Virus record (IMG/VR): IMGVR_UViG_3300025030_000106
Location: 1-62,897 of that record
From: a virus
Taxonomy: Duplodnaviria > Caudoviricetes
Strand: one strand, 5' to 3'
Length of the DNA: 62,897 nt
The stretch's first letter is position 1. Each line of letters begins with the position of its first letter. Below the pieces are notes generated by a model that was given only the letters and a program-made list of their open reading frames with translations, ran no database searches and had not been told where the DNA came from. Below, in pieces: positions 1-9,649 of the stretch. A program made the translations under genes and the position numbers.

Positions 1-2
1 GA

Positions 3-281
3 AGGTTTTTCCCAAGTACGAAGCTCTGTATGGCGTGTGGTCAGCTGCATGACATGCCGTTAAATAAGAGAACTTTCCAGTGCTCTTGTAATGGTGTCTC
101 TATTGATAGAGACCTTCACGCAGCTCAAAATATACTACGGGCGGGTTGCCCGAACGTCAAGCCTGTGGAGAGAGAAGCGCTGATTCTTGGGCAATTGCCC
201 GAGAATGAAACTACTTTCTGGGAAGCAGGAAATGTACACAAATTCAATGGGTTTGAAGGAGCCCCTTGTAACTTTTTGTAA
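3..281 (+). CDS. tnpB: TnpB RNA-guided nuclease, C-terminal part (copy A, truncated by window start)
   Basis: Reads RFFPSTKLCMACG...FQCSCNGVSIDRDLHAAQNI (zinc finger plus RuvC-III Asp); near-identical to the copies at 33.2-34.4 kb and 61.8-62.9 kb. Confidence 0.9.
   Translation, partial: RFFPSTKLCMACGQLHDMPLNKRTFQCSCNGVSIDRDLHAAQNILRAGCPNVKPVEREALILGQLPENETTFWEAGNVHKFNGFEGAPCNFL
150..275 (+). ncRNA. Putative omegaRNA (scaffold plus guide) of tnpB copy A
   Basis: Overlaps the tnpB 3' end; conserved with copy B through GAAGCAGGAAAT and again at ATGRGTTTGA (ends 256), then diverges; boundaries approximate. Confidence 0.55.
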
Positions 282-300
282 GTTACATAAACCAGTCAAT

Positions 301-1050
301 ATGCTTAAAAAAATAATCGTTCTGGGGTTTCTCTTAGGGATCGCCCCAACTGTCTGGGCGCAAGGGTTCTCTACTCCGTTTGGGACTCAACCTGAGATCG
401 CGATCAGCACCGACTGCTCTTCATTCATTGCTGATGGGAAGCTCTGTTGGGATTCTGACAACGATCTGCTCTATGTTGGAAACGGTACTACCGCGGCCTT
501 GGTGGATATCACCAGCGGTGCCGACACCCCATACACTACCACCAGCACCGTAACTGACTCAATCCGCTGGAACGCTGCCGGGACAGCCGGGGATGGGGTG
601 TATTGCGGATATGCCAACCTGGTTCAGATCAACTCCGGGCCGTATCAGTATTCCATCATTTGCCAAGATAGCGACAGTTCCACCATCTACGGCAACACCG
701 TCATGCGCGACGGTTGGAACGCCGGGACGATCACTTTTGAACTTGAGTATGTCCAGACCGCCGCCGACACCGGGCCGTTGAACTCAGATATTACCTGCGC
801 CTGCCGAGGGCCGGGAGAGACGATCAACTCCACCTGGGGCACGGAGATAGCCATCGATGACGCGGCTGTGACCGGGAGCAGCGGAGTGGACCATACGACA
901 TCCGCCGCCGTGACCTGCAACGGGCCATGCGCTGCCGGGGATACCCTCTATTGGCGCTGGCAGATGGATGCGGCCGGGACCACGACCGCAGTGGCGACGC
1001 TCAACATTTTAGGCGTCAAGGCCGAGTATACTGCAATGTTGGGGGATTAA
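301..1050 (+). CDS. Tail-fibre/appendage-like protein with N-terminal signal peptide, Cys-rich
   Basis: MLKKIIVLGFLLGIAPTVWA signal; DGKLCWDSDNDLLYVGNGTT resembles a fibre N-terminal motif; beta-rich C-terminal domain. Confidence 0.55.
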   Translation: MLKKIIVLGFLLGIAPTVWAQGFSTPFGTQPEIAISTDCSSFIADGKLCWDSDNDLLYVGNGTTAALVDITSGADTPYTTTSTVTDSIRWNAAGTAGDGVYCGYANLVQINSGPYQYSIICQDSDSSTIYGNTVMRDGWNAGTITFELEYVQTAADTGPLNSDITCACRGPGETINSTWGTEIAIDDAAVTGSSGVDHTTSAAVTCNGPCAAGDTLYWRWQMDAAGTTTAVATLNILGVKAEYTAMLGD

Positions 1051-1051
1051 G

Positions 1052-3229
1052 ATGCGACGATTTCTCCATACTCTGCTGGTCGCCCTGCTGATTGCGGGGC
1101 TTGGTCTTCCTGCCAACGCTGAGCAGTTCATCGGTGGTGCTTCACAACCGCAGTTGACTGCGGACCTGATCACCTCCCTTGAGTACAAAGGTACTCCGAC
1201 CGGTGGCACCGCCACCTTCACCCGAGGTTCCGCCCGAGTCTTCGAGGACTGGGAAGGCAACTACGTCCGCACCACCAACGTAAACGAGGCAGTATTCAAA
1301 GCCCGGCGGGTAGCGAACCTGCTTGCTGCGGATTCGAGTGAGGATTTCTCGGTCGCGAGTTGGGGCACAACCTCGGCAACTGTAGCGTCTAACGGGGATG
1401 GGTCTTACAGGGTAACAGCAACAGGAGCAACCGCGAATATCAGACAAGCGGTTACAGTTTCTAGCGGAGATGTGCGGACATTCAGAAACTCCATCTGGAT
1501 TAAGCGGGCAAGCGGGACCGGGACAATATCGCTGATGGACCCAAACCTTACGGCTGTAGGTGTACCAGTAACCAGCAGTTGGGTAAGGTATAGTGTGGCA
1601 GATTTTGGGTTAGCATCGTCCGCTAATATAAGAGTTATCATAAGCACCAGCGGTGATGCAGTAGATGTAAAAAACGCTCAGCTTGAGGAAGTCACGGGCC
1701 AGAGCATAACCGCACCTTCTGAGTACAGATCAACTCACCAGTATTATGGGGGTCAACCTCATAAAGGGGTGGATTTCCTCGCATACGAGAACGGCAACAC
1801 GGTAGATGCCAACGGCGTTGTGACCGAGGCCCAGGGCGAAGCGATCCCCGAGGCCCAGCTTACCGGATACCAGTATGACGGAGCGAGCACCAACAAGATT
1901 GCCGGGGCTTACAATGCCGTTGGGCCGGATATGCTGTCCACTACGAATATCTATGCAAGCTATGATTTTACGAGTGGGTGGAGCGCAAGCAGCGCGACGA
2001 TAAACGATGCGAACACTTTTACGACTACGGGCGCAAACGGGAAGATATATAAAACAGGATCAACTAATACCGGGAAGAGATACAGGCTAACAGTCGCAGG
2101 TACGGTTTCCACCGGTGTTTTTGAGGTTAGGAGTCCTAGTACCGGAGCACTGTATATGACGGGCTTCGGAACGGTAGATTTTACGGCTGATGCGACGATC
2201 GGGCCGCTATTGCAGACCGCTACAAGTGGAGCAGTAGTAGACATCACCGCCCTCACCTTGTACGAGATCGGCGCTGCAAACCTCGCAGGCACTTTCGTCT
2301 CCGGCCTCGGCACCGGGGCAAAGAACACCGCAGCAGCTACCGCAGCTATCCCCGGCCAAACTCACGGCGGGACCGGCTCGACCACTGTCACCGATGTCAG
2401 CGCGGTAATCACCAATACCAACAAGTACAAGAGATTAACCCCAGCTACGAAGTGGTACGTCACTACGGCCAGTGGCGGGGATGCAACGGTGGACTTTACC
2501 GGGGCACTCTCTGCTGCGACGCATACCCTCTCTCTGGTTGCCTACGGGGCCACGGCAAGCGATGTGCTGACCCTCGGTACAAATACAGTCGGAGGTACCC
2601 CGCAGACCGTAACTACTGCGCCTGTGCTGTACTCGCAGACCCTGACCGCGAACGCCAGCGACACCATGCGCCTGACCGTAGCCGATGGCGACACGATAAC
2701 GTGGTGTCTGATGCAAGCGGAAACCGGCTACGTCCCAACAAGCAGAATCGTCGTGGAGGGTGCCGCTGCTTCTCGGAGTAGAGACAACTTGACCATCCCG
2801 GTTGCAGATGGCACGAACTTCAGGCAACGGGAAGGTACTGTTTCTGTTGACATTACCTGGGGGTTCGGGAGTGCGAGTATTCCTGTGGCAGCATATGTGC
2901 CAATTTTTAGTTTATCAAACAGGGTTGATTCAATTCTTTATTTACAGAATTCGGCTGGAACTGTCTACCTGCGGAACGATGATTCTACAAATGCTCCATT
3001 CGTCGCAACAGGCGCGTTCGTTACTGGAGACACTGATGCGTTAGAGACAACCTGGTCAGTAAGCAAAAATAAATTAAGGACTAAATTTAATGCAACCTGG
3101 TCTTCGGCAACTGCGTATGATGGTAGTTACAATTTAGGTACATCGTGGGTTTTAAGTTATAACGGAGCCTACCCCTTCGCCCTCAAAAACCTGCGGGTAT
3201 TAGGCACCGCTGATCCGGGAGGGATGTAA
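1052..3229 (+). CDS. Spike/fibre-like protein with carbohydrate-binding and LamG-like modules and a signal peptide
   Basis: MRRFLHTLLVALLIAGLGLPANA signal; ATFTRGS, AQLEE..PSEY and QAETGYVPTSRI..AASRSRD motifs typical of phage spike/fibre proteins; 725 aa, Thr/Gly/Ala-rich. Confidence 0.65.
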   Translation: MRRFLHTLLVALLIAGLGLPANAEQFIGGASQPQLTADLITSLEYKGTPTGGTATFTRGSARVFEDWEGNYVRTTNVNEAVFKARRVANLLAADSSEDFSVASWGTTSATVASNGDGSYRVTATGATANIRQAVTVSSGDVRTFRNSIWIKRASGTGTISLMDPNLTAVGVPVTSSWVRYSVADFGLASSANIRVIISTSGDAVDVKNAQLEEVTGQSITAPSEYRSTHQYYGGQPHKGVDFLAYENGNTVDANGVVTEAQGEAIPEAQLTGYQYDGASTNKIAGAYNAVGPDMLSTTNIYASYDFTSGWSASSATINDANTFTTTGANGKIYKTGSTNTGKRYRLTVAGTVSTGVFEVRSPSTGALYMTGFGTVDFTADATIGPLLQTATSGAVVDITALTLYEIGAANLAGTFVSGLGTGAKNTAAATAAIPGQTHGGTGSTTVTDVSAVITNTNKYKRLTPATKWYVTTASGGDATVDFTGALSAATHTLSLVAYGATASDVLTLGTNTVGGTPQTVTTAPVLYSQTLTANASDTMRLTVADGDTITWCLMQAETGYVPTSRIVVEGAAASRSRDNLTIPVADGTNFRQREGTVSVDITWGFGSASIPVAAYVPIFSLSNRVDSILYLQNSAGTVYLRNDDSTNAPFVATGAFVTGDTDALETTWSVSKNKLRTKFNATWSSATAYDGSYNLGTSWVLSYNGAYPFALKNLRVLGTADPGGM

Positions 3230-3912
3230 TGCGCTTCCGGTTCGACTGCTGGCTCATTGCCCTCGGGTGCTTATGCGGGTTGGTTTTGATCTGCAAGATA
3301 GCGCAGGGCGATACGCTGGTTGTTTCCGGCTCATGGGCTGAACGGAATTGCCACCAGGAATGGTCAATGTGGGCGCTGAATGCAGCAAGTCAACTCCCCG
3401 GCCCAACAACTGCACTCGCTACCCCGATTGGACAGGCAGTAATTGATAACGCGGTTGGAAAATCTAATTTTTACATGGCCGCGCACAGTGACCACTACAT
3501 ATCATGGCCCGGATGCGATATGGTTGATCCTTGGAAAGATGAGTTAAGGGCCGACGCATTCGATATCAAGGAGCCGTTTGATTTTGCGTTCATCGCCGGG
3601 TGCGGGGCGTTGTGCAGAACCGGTTTTGGAACTTTTGCAAACATCGCAATAGATGCGGTCGGATACTGTGACATGGCCGCGCCTCAGTGTGCGGGCTGCT
3701 GGTCTGTCAGCGCGTTGTCGTTTCAGGACTTCATGTTCATGGAAATGGCTGACGGGCGACCAGTCGGTGAGGCACACCAGGCCGCGCTGAATCGGTTTCC
3801 AGAATGTCAGGGGTGTATCAGGTACTCGCACCACGATATGCCTATTCCTACACTGGAGAAAAATCAGATAGTCATGACAATAATAGTCCCGTGGCTGATG
3901 AGGAAACGATGA
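3229..3912 (+). CDS. Exported Cys-rich protein with hydrophobic-basic C-terminal tail
   Basis: Signal-like N-terminus; ends IVMTIIVPWLMRKR; start overlaps the upstream stop (TAATG). Confidence 0.6.
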   Translation: MRFRFDCWLIALGCLCGLVLICKIAQGDTLVVSGSWAERNCHQEWSMWALNAASQLPGPTTALATPIGQAVIDNAVGKSNFYMAAHSDHYISWPGCDMVDPWKDELRADAFDIKEPFDFAFIAGCGALCRTGFGTFANIAIDAVGYCDMAAPQCAGCWSVSALSFQDFMFMEMADGRPVGEAHQAALNRFPECQGCIRYSHHDMPIPTLEKNQIVMTIIVPWLMRKR

Positions 3913-4271
3913 TGAAAGCCCTGTTGCTGACCGCCCTGCTGCTCATGTCAGGCTGTACACTCGGTCTGCCGCAAAACAACCTGCTTCCGGTCCTGGTGGA
4001 GAAGCACGACAACAAGCCACTGGACCCGCTGACCGAAGTGGATATCCGGGCGGAAGTGATCGGACCAGGCGTCTATACCAACTGCGGGCCGAAGGGGTAT
4101 CTGGCCCTCATCACCGGCGGGGCTCTGTTCGGGTGCGCTCGGCTCGGGTGCGCAGGGATCAAGAGGTGGCAGACAGATAAAATCTGTACCTGCCAGATAT
4201 ACCTGATGTTCGACTGGGATACGATCCGAAACCACGAATACAAGCATTGTCTTGGGTATGGCGAATTATGA
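3909..4271 (+). CDS. Lipoprotein with HExxH motif
   Basis: MMKALLLTALLLMSGC lipobox; HEYKH near C-terminus; ATGA overlap with upstream stop. Confidence 0.6.
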   Translation: MMKALLLTALLLMSGCTLGLPQNNLLPVLVEKHDNKPLDPLTEVDIRAEVIGPGVYTNCGPKGYLALITGGALFGCARLGCAGIKRWQTDKICTCQIYLMFDWDTIRNHEYKHCLGYGEL

Positions 4272-4353
4272 AATTTATTCTGTTGATAGCCTGCATTATA
4301 GCGGCCCTTGCGGCTGGCGATACATGGGGAAAAATCAAGGAACGGAGGAAAAA

Positions 4354-5115
4354 ATGAAACACATTCTTGCGCTGATACTGGCGCTGCTGCTGGCCGGGAA
4401 CTGCGAGGCGTATTCCATGGGCTACTTCCCGAAAGATGACCCGCCGGCCGTGCCTGTTCCGGTTCCAGATCCGGTGCCTACTCCAACGGTAACGACCGAA
4501 CAGGGTACGCGCTCCATCTCCGGGAACGAGGTTGACTTCTACTTCAGCAAGCCAATCACGAGCTACGGCAAGTTCGACCTGCGCACCGGCGGCAAAAAGT
4601 ACACGATCAAGGGATCGTACAAGGACGGTAACATCGAGGTCCGCAACTCCCAGACCAAAGGTAATATGGTGGTCATTGCCGGGCCTGCATATAAGGGCGC
4701 AACTGCTACCGTGATTTACCCTTCAACCGATGCGCCGACTGTGCCAGACGCTACCCCGCCCCCGGTGACACCCCCTGCCGATGAAGCGACGACATCAAAA
4801 CGATTTGCCCATATCAACCACATGTCATGGCGCGGCCAGGGCACCACCATCGTCTTCTGCGCCGGGGATGACGTAACCAGCGTGACCTTCCACGACACTG
4901 CGTTCCACTTCCACATGAAAGACGGACTCGACAAGGGACCGGGCAGAGAGCAATGGACCAACCATTACTTCCGGGGCAAGAGTGAAACCGGCACAGCTGG
5001 CATGTTCGTCTGGACCATCGGCGGGAAGAAATATCAATATTATTCCGATGGCCGGGGTGATGGGCTTACCGATTATCAGAAGCATACCGGCGACTGCTAC
5101 CAAAAATATAAATGA
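4354..5115 (+). CDS. Exported protein with Pro-rich linkers
   Basis: GGAGG RBS; MKHILALILALLLAGNCEA signal; two Pro/Thr-rich linkers. Confidence 0.65.
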   Translation: MKHILALILALLLAGNCEAYSMGYFPKDDPPAVPVPVPDPVPTPTVTTEQGTRSISGNEVDFYFSKPITSYGKFDLRTGGKKYTIKGSYKDGNIEVRNSQTKGNMVVIAGPAYKGATATVIYPSTDAPTVPDATPPPVTPPADEATTSKRFAHINHMSWRGQGTTIVFCAGDDVTSVTFHDTAFHFHMKDGLDKGPGREQWTNHYFRGKSETGTAGMFVWTIGGKKYQYYSDGRGDGLTDYQKHTGDCYQKYK

Positions 5116-5122
5116 GGAGGGG

Positions 5123-5329
5123 ATGATGAAAAGGGTATTTTGGATTCTTCCGTTGATGCTTCTGGCCGGCTGCGCTGATAGTAGCCGAAACCTGACGGTA
5201 CAGGTGTATGGCGGCGGGGTGTTGACGATCTGCCACTCTACCATTTCGCCGGAAGTGCTGAAGTCTGGCACCGACGAGCGGGCCACGAATACGCCGTCGA
5301 TTTCGCCGAACTTCCCAATTGTTCCGTGA
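5123..5329 (+). CDS. Small lipoprotein (possible spanin-like)
   Basis: GAGGAGG RBS; LLAGC lipobox; next to the lysis genes. Confidence 0.55.
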   Translation: MMKRVFWILPLMLLAGCADSSRNLTVQVYGGGVLTICHSTISPEVLKSGTDERATNTPSISPNFPIVP

Positions 5330-5339
5330 GGAGGACCAC

Positions 5340-5567
5340 ATGACTATTATCGAAGCAATGGATGGAAAGAAAGTCAACGCCAGTATGGTGCTTGTCATCG
5401 TTGCTGCTTTACTTATGCCGGTGATCGCTGACGGGGTAGCCCTTGCCGGATATCCAGAATGGGCGGCACTCATCCGGCGCGTTGCTGAGATATTTGTCGG
5501 CGTCGGCGCAGGCGGCGGGGTAATCGGGCTGGCGGACAAGGCCAGGAAGTCTTCAGGAGCTGACTAA
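5340..5567 (+). CDS. Holin-like two-TM protein
   Basis: Two hydrophobic segments, basic C-terminus, GAGGAGG RBS. Confidence 0.5.
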   Translation: MTIIEAMDGKKVNASMVLVIVAALLMPVIADGVALAGYPEWAALIRRVAEIFVGVGAGGGVIGLADKARKSSGAD

Positions 5568-5830
5568 TGCAATATGCCAGGTGCAAATGTGGGAAGCAAG
5601 AGCGGTGGGACTCTGGCTATCCAATTTTCCCCTGCCAAGGGTGCGAAGACTGCCAGGCTACTCTGGCAAGAGGGCCAAGCGGGCATAAGCCACTCGCTCC
5701 TCACAAGATGCAGCGTCACGAAGAAAAGAGAACTGTTGACGGCAAGGAGGTGTCTTCACGAACTTGGGACGTGTGCTCAGTCTGCGGAGATATAGAAGAA
5801 GTCAAACCGGAACAGTCTGTGATCTCTTAG
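5567..5830 (+). CDS. Small Cys-rich zinc-finger protein
   Basis: CxC, CxxCxxC and CxxC motifs. Confidence 0.55.
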   Translation: MQYARCKCGKQERWDSGYPIFPCQGCEDCQATLARGPSGHKPLAPHKMQRHEEKRTVDGKEVSSRTWDVCSVCGDIEEVKPEQSVIS

Positions 5831-5855
5831 ATCCGGGCAAAGGAGTGGTGAGGTG

Positions 5856-6263
5856 ATGGATTTTGATACACTGGTAGCGGTTGCGGCGCTGTTGGCTTCG
5901 GCTTTGGCGATTATCACTGTCTGGAGAAAGTCTGGGGCGATCGAGGGGAAGATCCTTGAGCGATTGGATAACCAACAGGAGTGGCTTCGAGGACATGAGC
6001 AACGGCTCCAAGGGATCGAGCAGGCCAACTACATCACTGAAGAGATCCACGAGAAACAGTCACTCCGCTGTGTGCAGAGTATCACCAAACAAATTGATGA
6101 AAACCACTCGAACCTGGCGAAGCTCGAAATAACTACCAGTACAATGGAGGCAGCCAGGCACAGTGCCAGAGAGATCGACAACCAGCGTTGGTGCAGGATT
6201 GAAGTGACTCTGGGAAAGTTGGAGGAGTTCATCGCGACGTTGAAAAAGGGTAATGGAATATGA
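5856..6263 (+). CDS. Single-TM coiled-coil protein (holin/spanin-like)
   Basis: N-terminal TM followed by a heptad-rich region. Confidence 0.5.
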   Translation: MDFDTLVAVAALLASALAIITVWRKSGAIEGKILERLDNQQEWLRGHEQRLQGIEQANYITEEIHEKQSLRCVQSITKQIDENHSNLAKLEITTSTMEAARHSAREIDNQRWCRIEVTLGKLEEFIATLKKGNGI

Positions 6264-6973
6264 CTGTCATCATGAAAGACGGCACTGAGGTGCTCGACAG
6301 TCGGCTCGGGCGGCTTGTTGACTTCGACGCCCGGAGCAAGGGCTTTCCGATCAGGTCAACTTTTGAGACCAAGACGCCGAGAGCAAACTACTGGCGGTGC
6401 CGTTTACGTCTTGATCAGGGTGTTGATGGAATGTGTACCGGTGCCGGCGTTTCTCACGAATTGGCTGCCTGCCCGGCGGAAGTTCCCGGGTTGGACATCA
6501 ACTTCGCCCGGGAGAAAATCTACTGGGAAGCGCAGAAAGAAGACCCTTGGGAAGGAGGAGCTTACCCGGGGGCCAGCCCCAGATATGAGGGGTCAAGTGT
6601 TCTGGCCGCGGTAAAAGTGGCCCAACGACTGGGCTATTTTGATAACTATCGCTGGGCGTTCAGCCTACAGGACCTGATCCTTGGTGTAGGCTACAACGGG
6701 CCTGCAGTCATGGGCACCGTCTGGTATGAGGGCATGTCCGACCCCGACGTCGACGGCTTGATCCGGCCCGCCGGCCGGTTAATCGGCGGCCACTGCTACC
6801 TTATCGACCAAGTCATTCCCAAAAAGAAACTGTTTGGCGGCCTCAATAGCTGGGGCACAAAGTTTGGCGTTGACGGCCGGTTCTACATCTCGTTCGACGA
6901 TATGGAGATGCTCCAGCATGAAGGCGGGGAAGCGGTATTTATGTTGAAGCGGCACTGCAGGCCCAGAGGGTGA
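6260..6973 (+). CDS. Papain-like (C1) cysteine peptidase
   Basis: DQG..GMCTG, GGHC and NSWG catalytic motifs. Confidence 0.85.
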   Translation: MTVIMKDGTEVLDSRLGRLVDFDARSKGFPIRSTFETKTPRANYWRCRLRLDQGVDGMCTGAGVSHELAACPAEVPGLDINFAREKIYWEAQKEDPWEGGAYPGASPRYEGSSVLAAVKVAQRLGYFDNYRWAFSLQDLILGVGYNGPAVMGTVWYEGMSDPDVDGLIRPAGRLIGGHCYLIDQVIPKKKLFGGLNSWGTKFGVDGRFYISFDDMEMLQHEGGEAVFMLKRHCRPRG

Positions 6974-6976
6974 GTT

Positions 6977-7420
6977 ATGTTCAGCGGGCGAGTCAAAGCT
7001 GAGTGGCTGGACGACGGGCGCAACATGTGCCTGCTAGAGACGTTGACGTTTATCGACTCCGCTGGTAAACTCTGGGAGGCACCGGCCGGCAGTGTGATCA
7101 ACGGCGCGAGCGTCCCCGGGATCTTCTGGCAGATCATCGGCTCTCCCTATACCGGCAAGTACCGTCGGGCCGCTGTGATTCATGACGTCTACTGTGGCTG
7201 CCGCACCGAGCCGCACCGGGCCGTCCACAAGGTGTTCAACGAGATGATGGAGTTTGACGGCGTGGATGATCTCCGGCGGATCAGGATGTTCAAAGCGGTC
7301 TGGTACTTTGGCCCGAAGTGGTCGCCGGCCCTGCGTCGAACTCAAGATCATCCCGAGATGCTGCCGATGAACTTGGAGGTTATAACAAAAATATTGGATG
7401 CTAAGCCGTGGCCATTATAA
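6977..7420 (+). CDS. DUF1353-family protein
   Basis: PAG..INGASVP.IFW...G.Y.RAAVIHD.Y motif. Confidence 0.8.
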   Translation: MFSGRVKAEWLDDGRNMCLLETLTFIDSAGKLWEAPAGSVINGASVPGIFWQIIGSPYTGKYRRAAVIHDVYCGCRTEPHRAVHKVFNEMMEFDGVDDLRRIRMFKAVWYFGPKWSPALRRTQDHPEMLPMNLEVITKILDAKPWPL

Positions 7421-7776
7421 TTCCGTTCACGTCGACGATACTCCCGACGTCTGGCGCCCTGAGAGAGCAGCAGAAACTCCTCGTCAGGGCGTCAGGTTGG
7501 CGGCCACTCCGGGAAGATTTTATTGTCGCCCACCCGGCCTGTGCCGCCTGTGGCGCCGTCGAGCTTATGATGCAGGTGCATCATATCAAGTGTGTCCACC
7601 TGTTTCCGGAACTGGAGTTGGTCTGGGGCAATCTGATCACGCTCTGCAGCAAACATCATCTGATTCTCGGACATGGAGGAAATTGGAAACTCTGGAACAA
7701 GAACATTGTCGAAATCTGCCGACTGATGTCGGAAGGCGTCGTGGTGGGTCGTGAAGATCTCCGAATCGTCGCATAA
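7408..7776 (+). CDS. Small HNH endonuclease
   Basis: CxxCG...VHHI...NLITLC..HH. Confidence 0.8.
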   Translation: MAIIIPFTSTILPTSGALREQQKLLVRASGWRPLREDFIVAHPACAACGAVELMMQVHHIKCVHLFPELELVWGNLITLCSKHHLILGHGGNWKLWNKNIVEICRLMSEGVVVGREDLRIVA

Positions 7777-8061
7777 AGACTGCCGGTGCAATCACGGCAC
7801 ACCTGTCGGGCGGAACTGTCCGTACTGCTTTGCCGTTCTACGAGTGGGACAGGCTCAGGAACGGCTGACCTTTATTGATTTTTCAAGTTTTGTCCATCGC
7901 AAGAAGGCCCTCTCCGGATCAGGAAATGGCAAGGAGTAGACTAATGACGAGGCCCGAAAATACCCCAATCCTGACTCTGACAAAGCTGTTGCTCCGCTCC
8001 TGCTCCACCTGGGAACAATACTGTTCCGATCTCGAGTACATCAAGAATTTCAGGAGAAGAA

Positions 8062-8568
8062 ATGAATTTTCCGGAAACATTTTTATTCGCGATGGTGTTC
8101 CTCTTTCAGGAAGAGGGGGGGACTAACGCTGATCCTCTGGACCGTGGGGGCTTTACAAACTTTGGGCTCTCTGAGAAACAGTACCCTGACCTCGACTTGA
8201 AGAATATTACTCGGGAGCAGGCGCTGGAGATCTACTATCTTGACTACTGGCTCAAGCAACAGTGCCACATGTTCTTGTCGCCCATCGCCGTCGCTCTGTT
8301 CGACTCCTCGGTGAACTGTGGCCCGGGCACGGCCGCCAAGTGGCTGCAGAAGTCAATCAACCAAGGGAACAACTTTCTCAACGTCGACGGCAACGTCGGG
8401 CCCAAAACGATCTTGGCGTCAACCGGCCCCCCGCCGTATCGAGTAGCCGGGGGGCTGATCGGGTACCGAGTGAGTCACTATGCTGACCTGCTGGACCGGT
8501 ACCCGGAGCAAGTGCGGTTTATCAAAGGCTGGAACCGCCGAGCGGGCCGGCTGTTGAATTATATTTGA
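8062..8568 (+). CDS. Endolysin, GH108 lysozyme with peptidoglycan-binding domain
   Basis: EGG...DRGG.TNFG, FDSSVNCG, DG.VGP.T and F.KGW.RR motifs. Confidence 0.92.
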   Translation: MNFPETFLFAMVFLFQEEGGTNADPLDRGGFTNFGLSEKQYPDLDLKNITREQALEIYYLDYWLKQQCHMFLSPIAVALFDSSVNCGPGTAAKWLQKSINQGNNFLNVDGNVGPKTILASTGPPPYRVAGGLIGYRVSHYADLLDRYPEQVRFIKGWNRRAGRLLNYI

Positions 8569-9643
8569 GGCAGCTTTCCAGACTGCCGGATCTTGTTGGC
8601 TTTCTTCTTGGCCAGCTTGTAGACCCTGCGCCCGTCGCTGGCGACGATTTGTAACGTCCGTGGATGCCGGAACCTCTTAGGGTCGTCGACGTTGACGTTG
8701 ACGTCTCGGAGGGCCTTGCGCAGTTTCTTAATTGATTTCCCGCTCATCGCTTTGCCTCCTGCATCGCTTTCATAATCTTCAGCATCTCGCCAGCTTTCTT
8801 CATCCGTGCTTGGTTGAACGCCGACGTGATCATAAAGGTACACATATAGAGCCAGGCCGGTACCAAGATAAAGAGCCCCAACACAAAGGCCACGAATTCA
8901 TACCATTCCATTATTTGATCCTCACAGTTTTTGGGTCAGTGTACCTCCCGGCGTCGAGAAGATCTATGATCTCCCGAGCTTTGGTATACACAGGCTCAGG
9001 ATCAGACGTCAGCCCACGAACTCTGACCAGGACCTTTCCTCTTTTTGTCCCCTTCCCGCTGGACTTTTTCAAAATTGGGAAGACCCCAACAGAAAAAGTC
9101 TCCGAGTTAAAGGGCTCTTTGCCAGGCGTCCAGCTACCGTCAAACCCATGAAGAATCTTTTCCATACATCCGCCTCTCATATTTGGTTGGTTCAGGGATC
9201 CGGCTCAGGTTGTGATCCCGAGGCCGGCCTTTCAGGTTTCCCCAGTTTGATTTCATTTCCAGCTTGTCTTGGTACTCTTTCAGGTTATTCTCGACGAGCT
9301 TCCCGACGATCCACGTCCTGGGGTTGTCGGGCCCGTGCTTGTGCAGTCTCTTAGCAAATGACGGGACAGAGACCTGAAGCTTCTTAGCACAGTAAGCGTA
9401 TGTCTGGAGGCCCCACTCAGGGGTCTGTACCGTCCGGGTGGCCAGGGGTTCACGGGAACTATATTCTCGCAACTTGGTGTACCGATCCCAAAGCGGCCGG
9501 CCGTCGGTTACCCACCGGCACATCACCGGCCCGGTCACGCCGACAATATCAGCGGCAGCCTGCCGGGTTGTTTCGCCAGACCTTATCTGCTCTTCCAACG
9601 TGTTCAGGATTTCTTTTGTCAGCCTGCGATTCAGCTTCATCAC
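8559..9643 (-). other. Four small CDS: 8559-8747 basic protein, 8744-8911 TM protein (not in ORF track), 8911-9165 hypothetical, 9140-9643 HTH-like protein
   Basis: Overlapping, RBS-preceded ORFs; 9140-9643 has an HTH-like RQAAADIVGVTGPVMCRW segment. Confidence 0.55.
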
Positions 9644-9649
9644 CCCTCC

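Noticed and set aside
301-3229. Diversity-generating retroelement acting on the fibre genes
   Set aside because: No reverse transcriptase and no TR/VR pair with adenine-specific mismatches seen in the window
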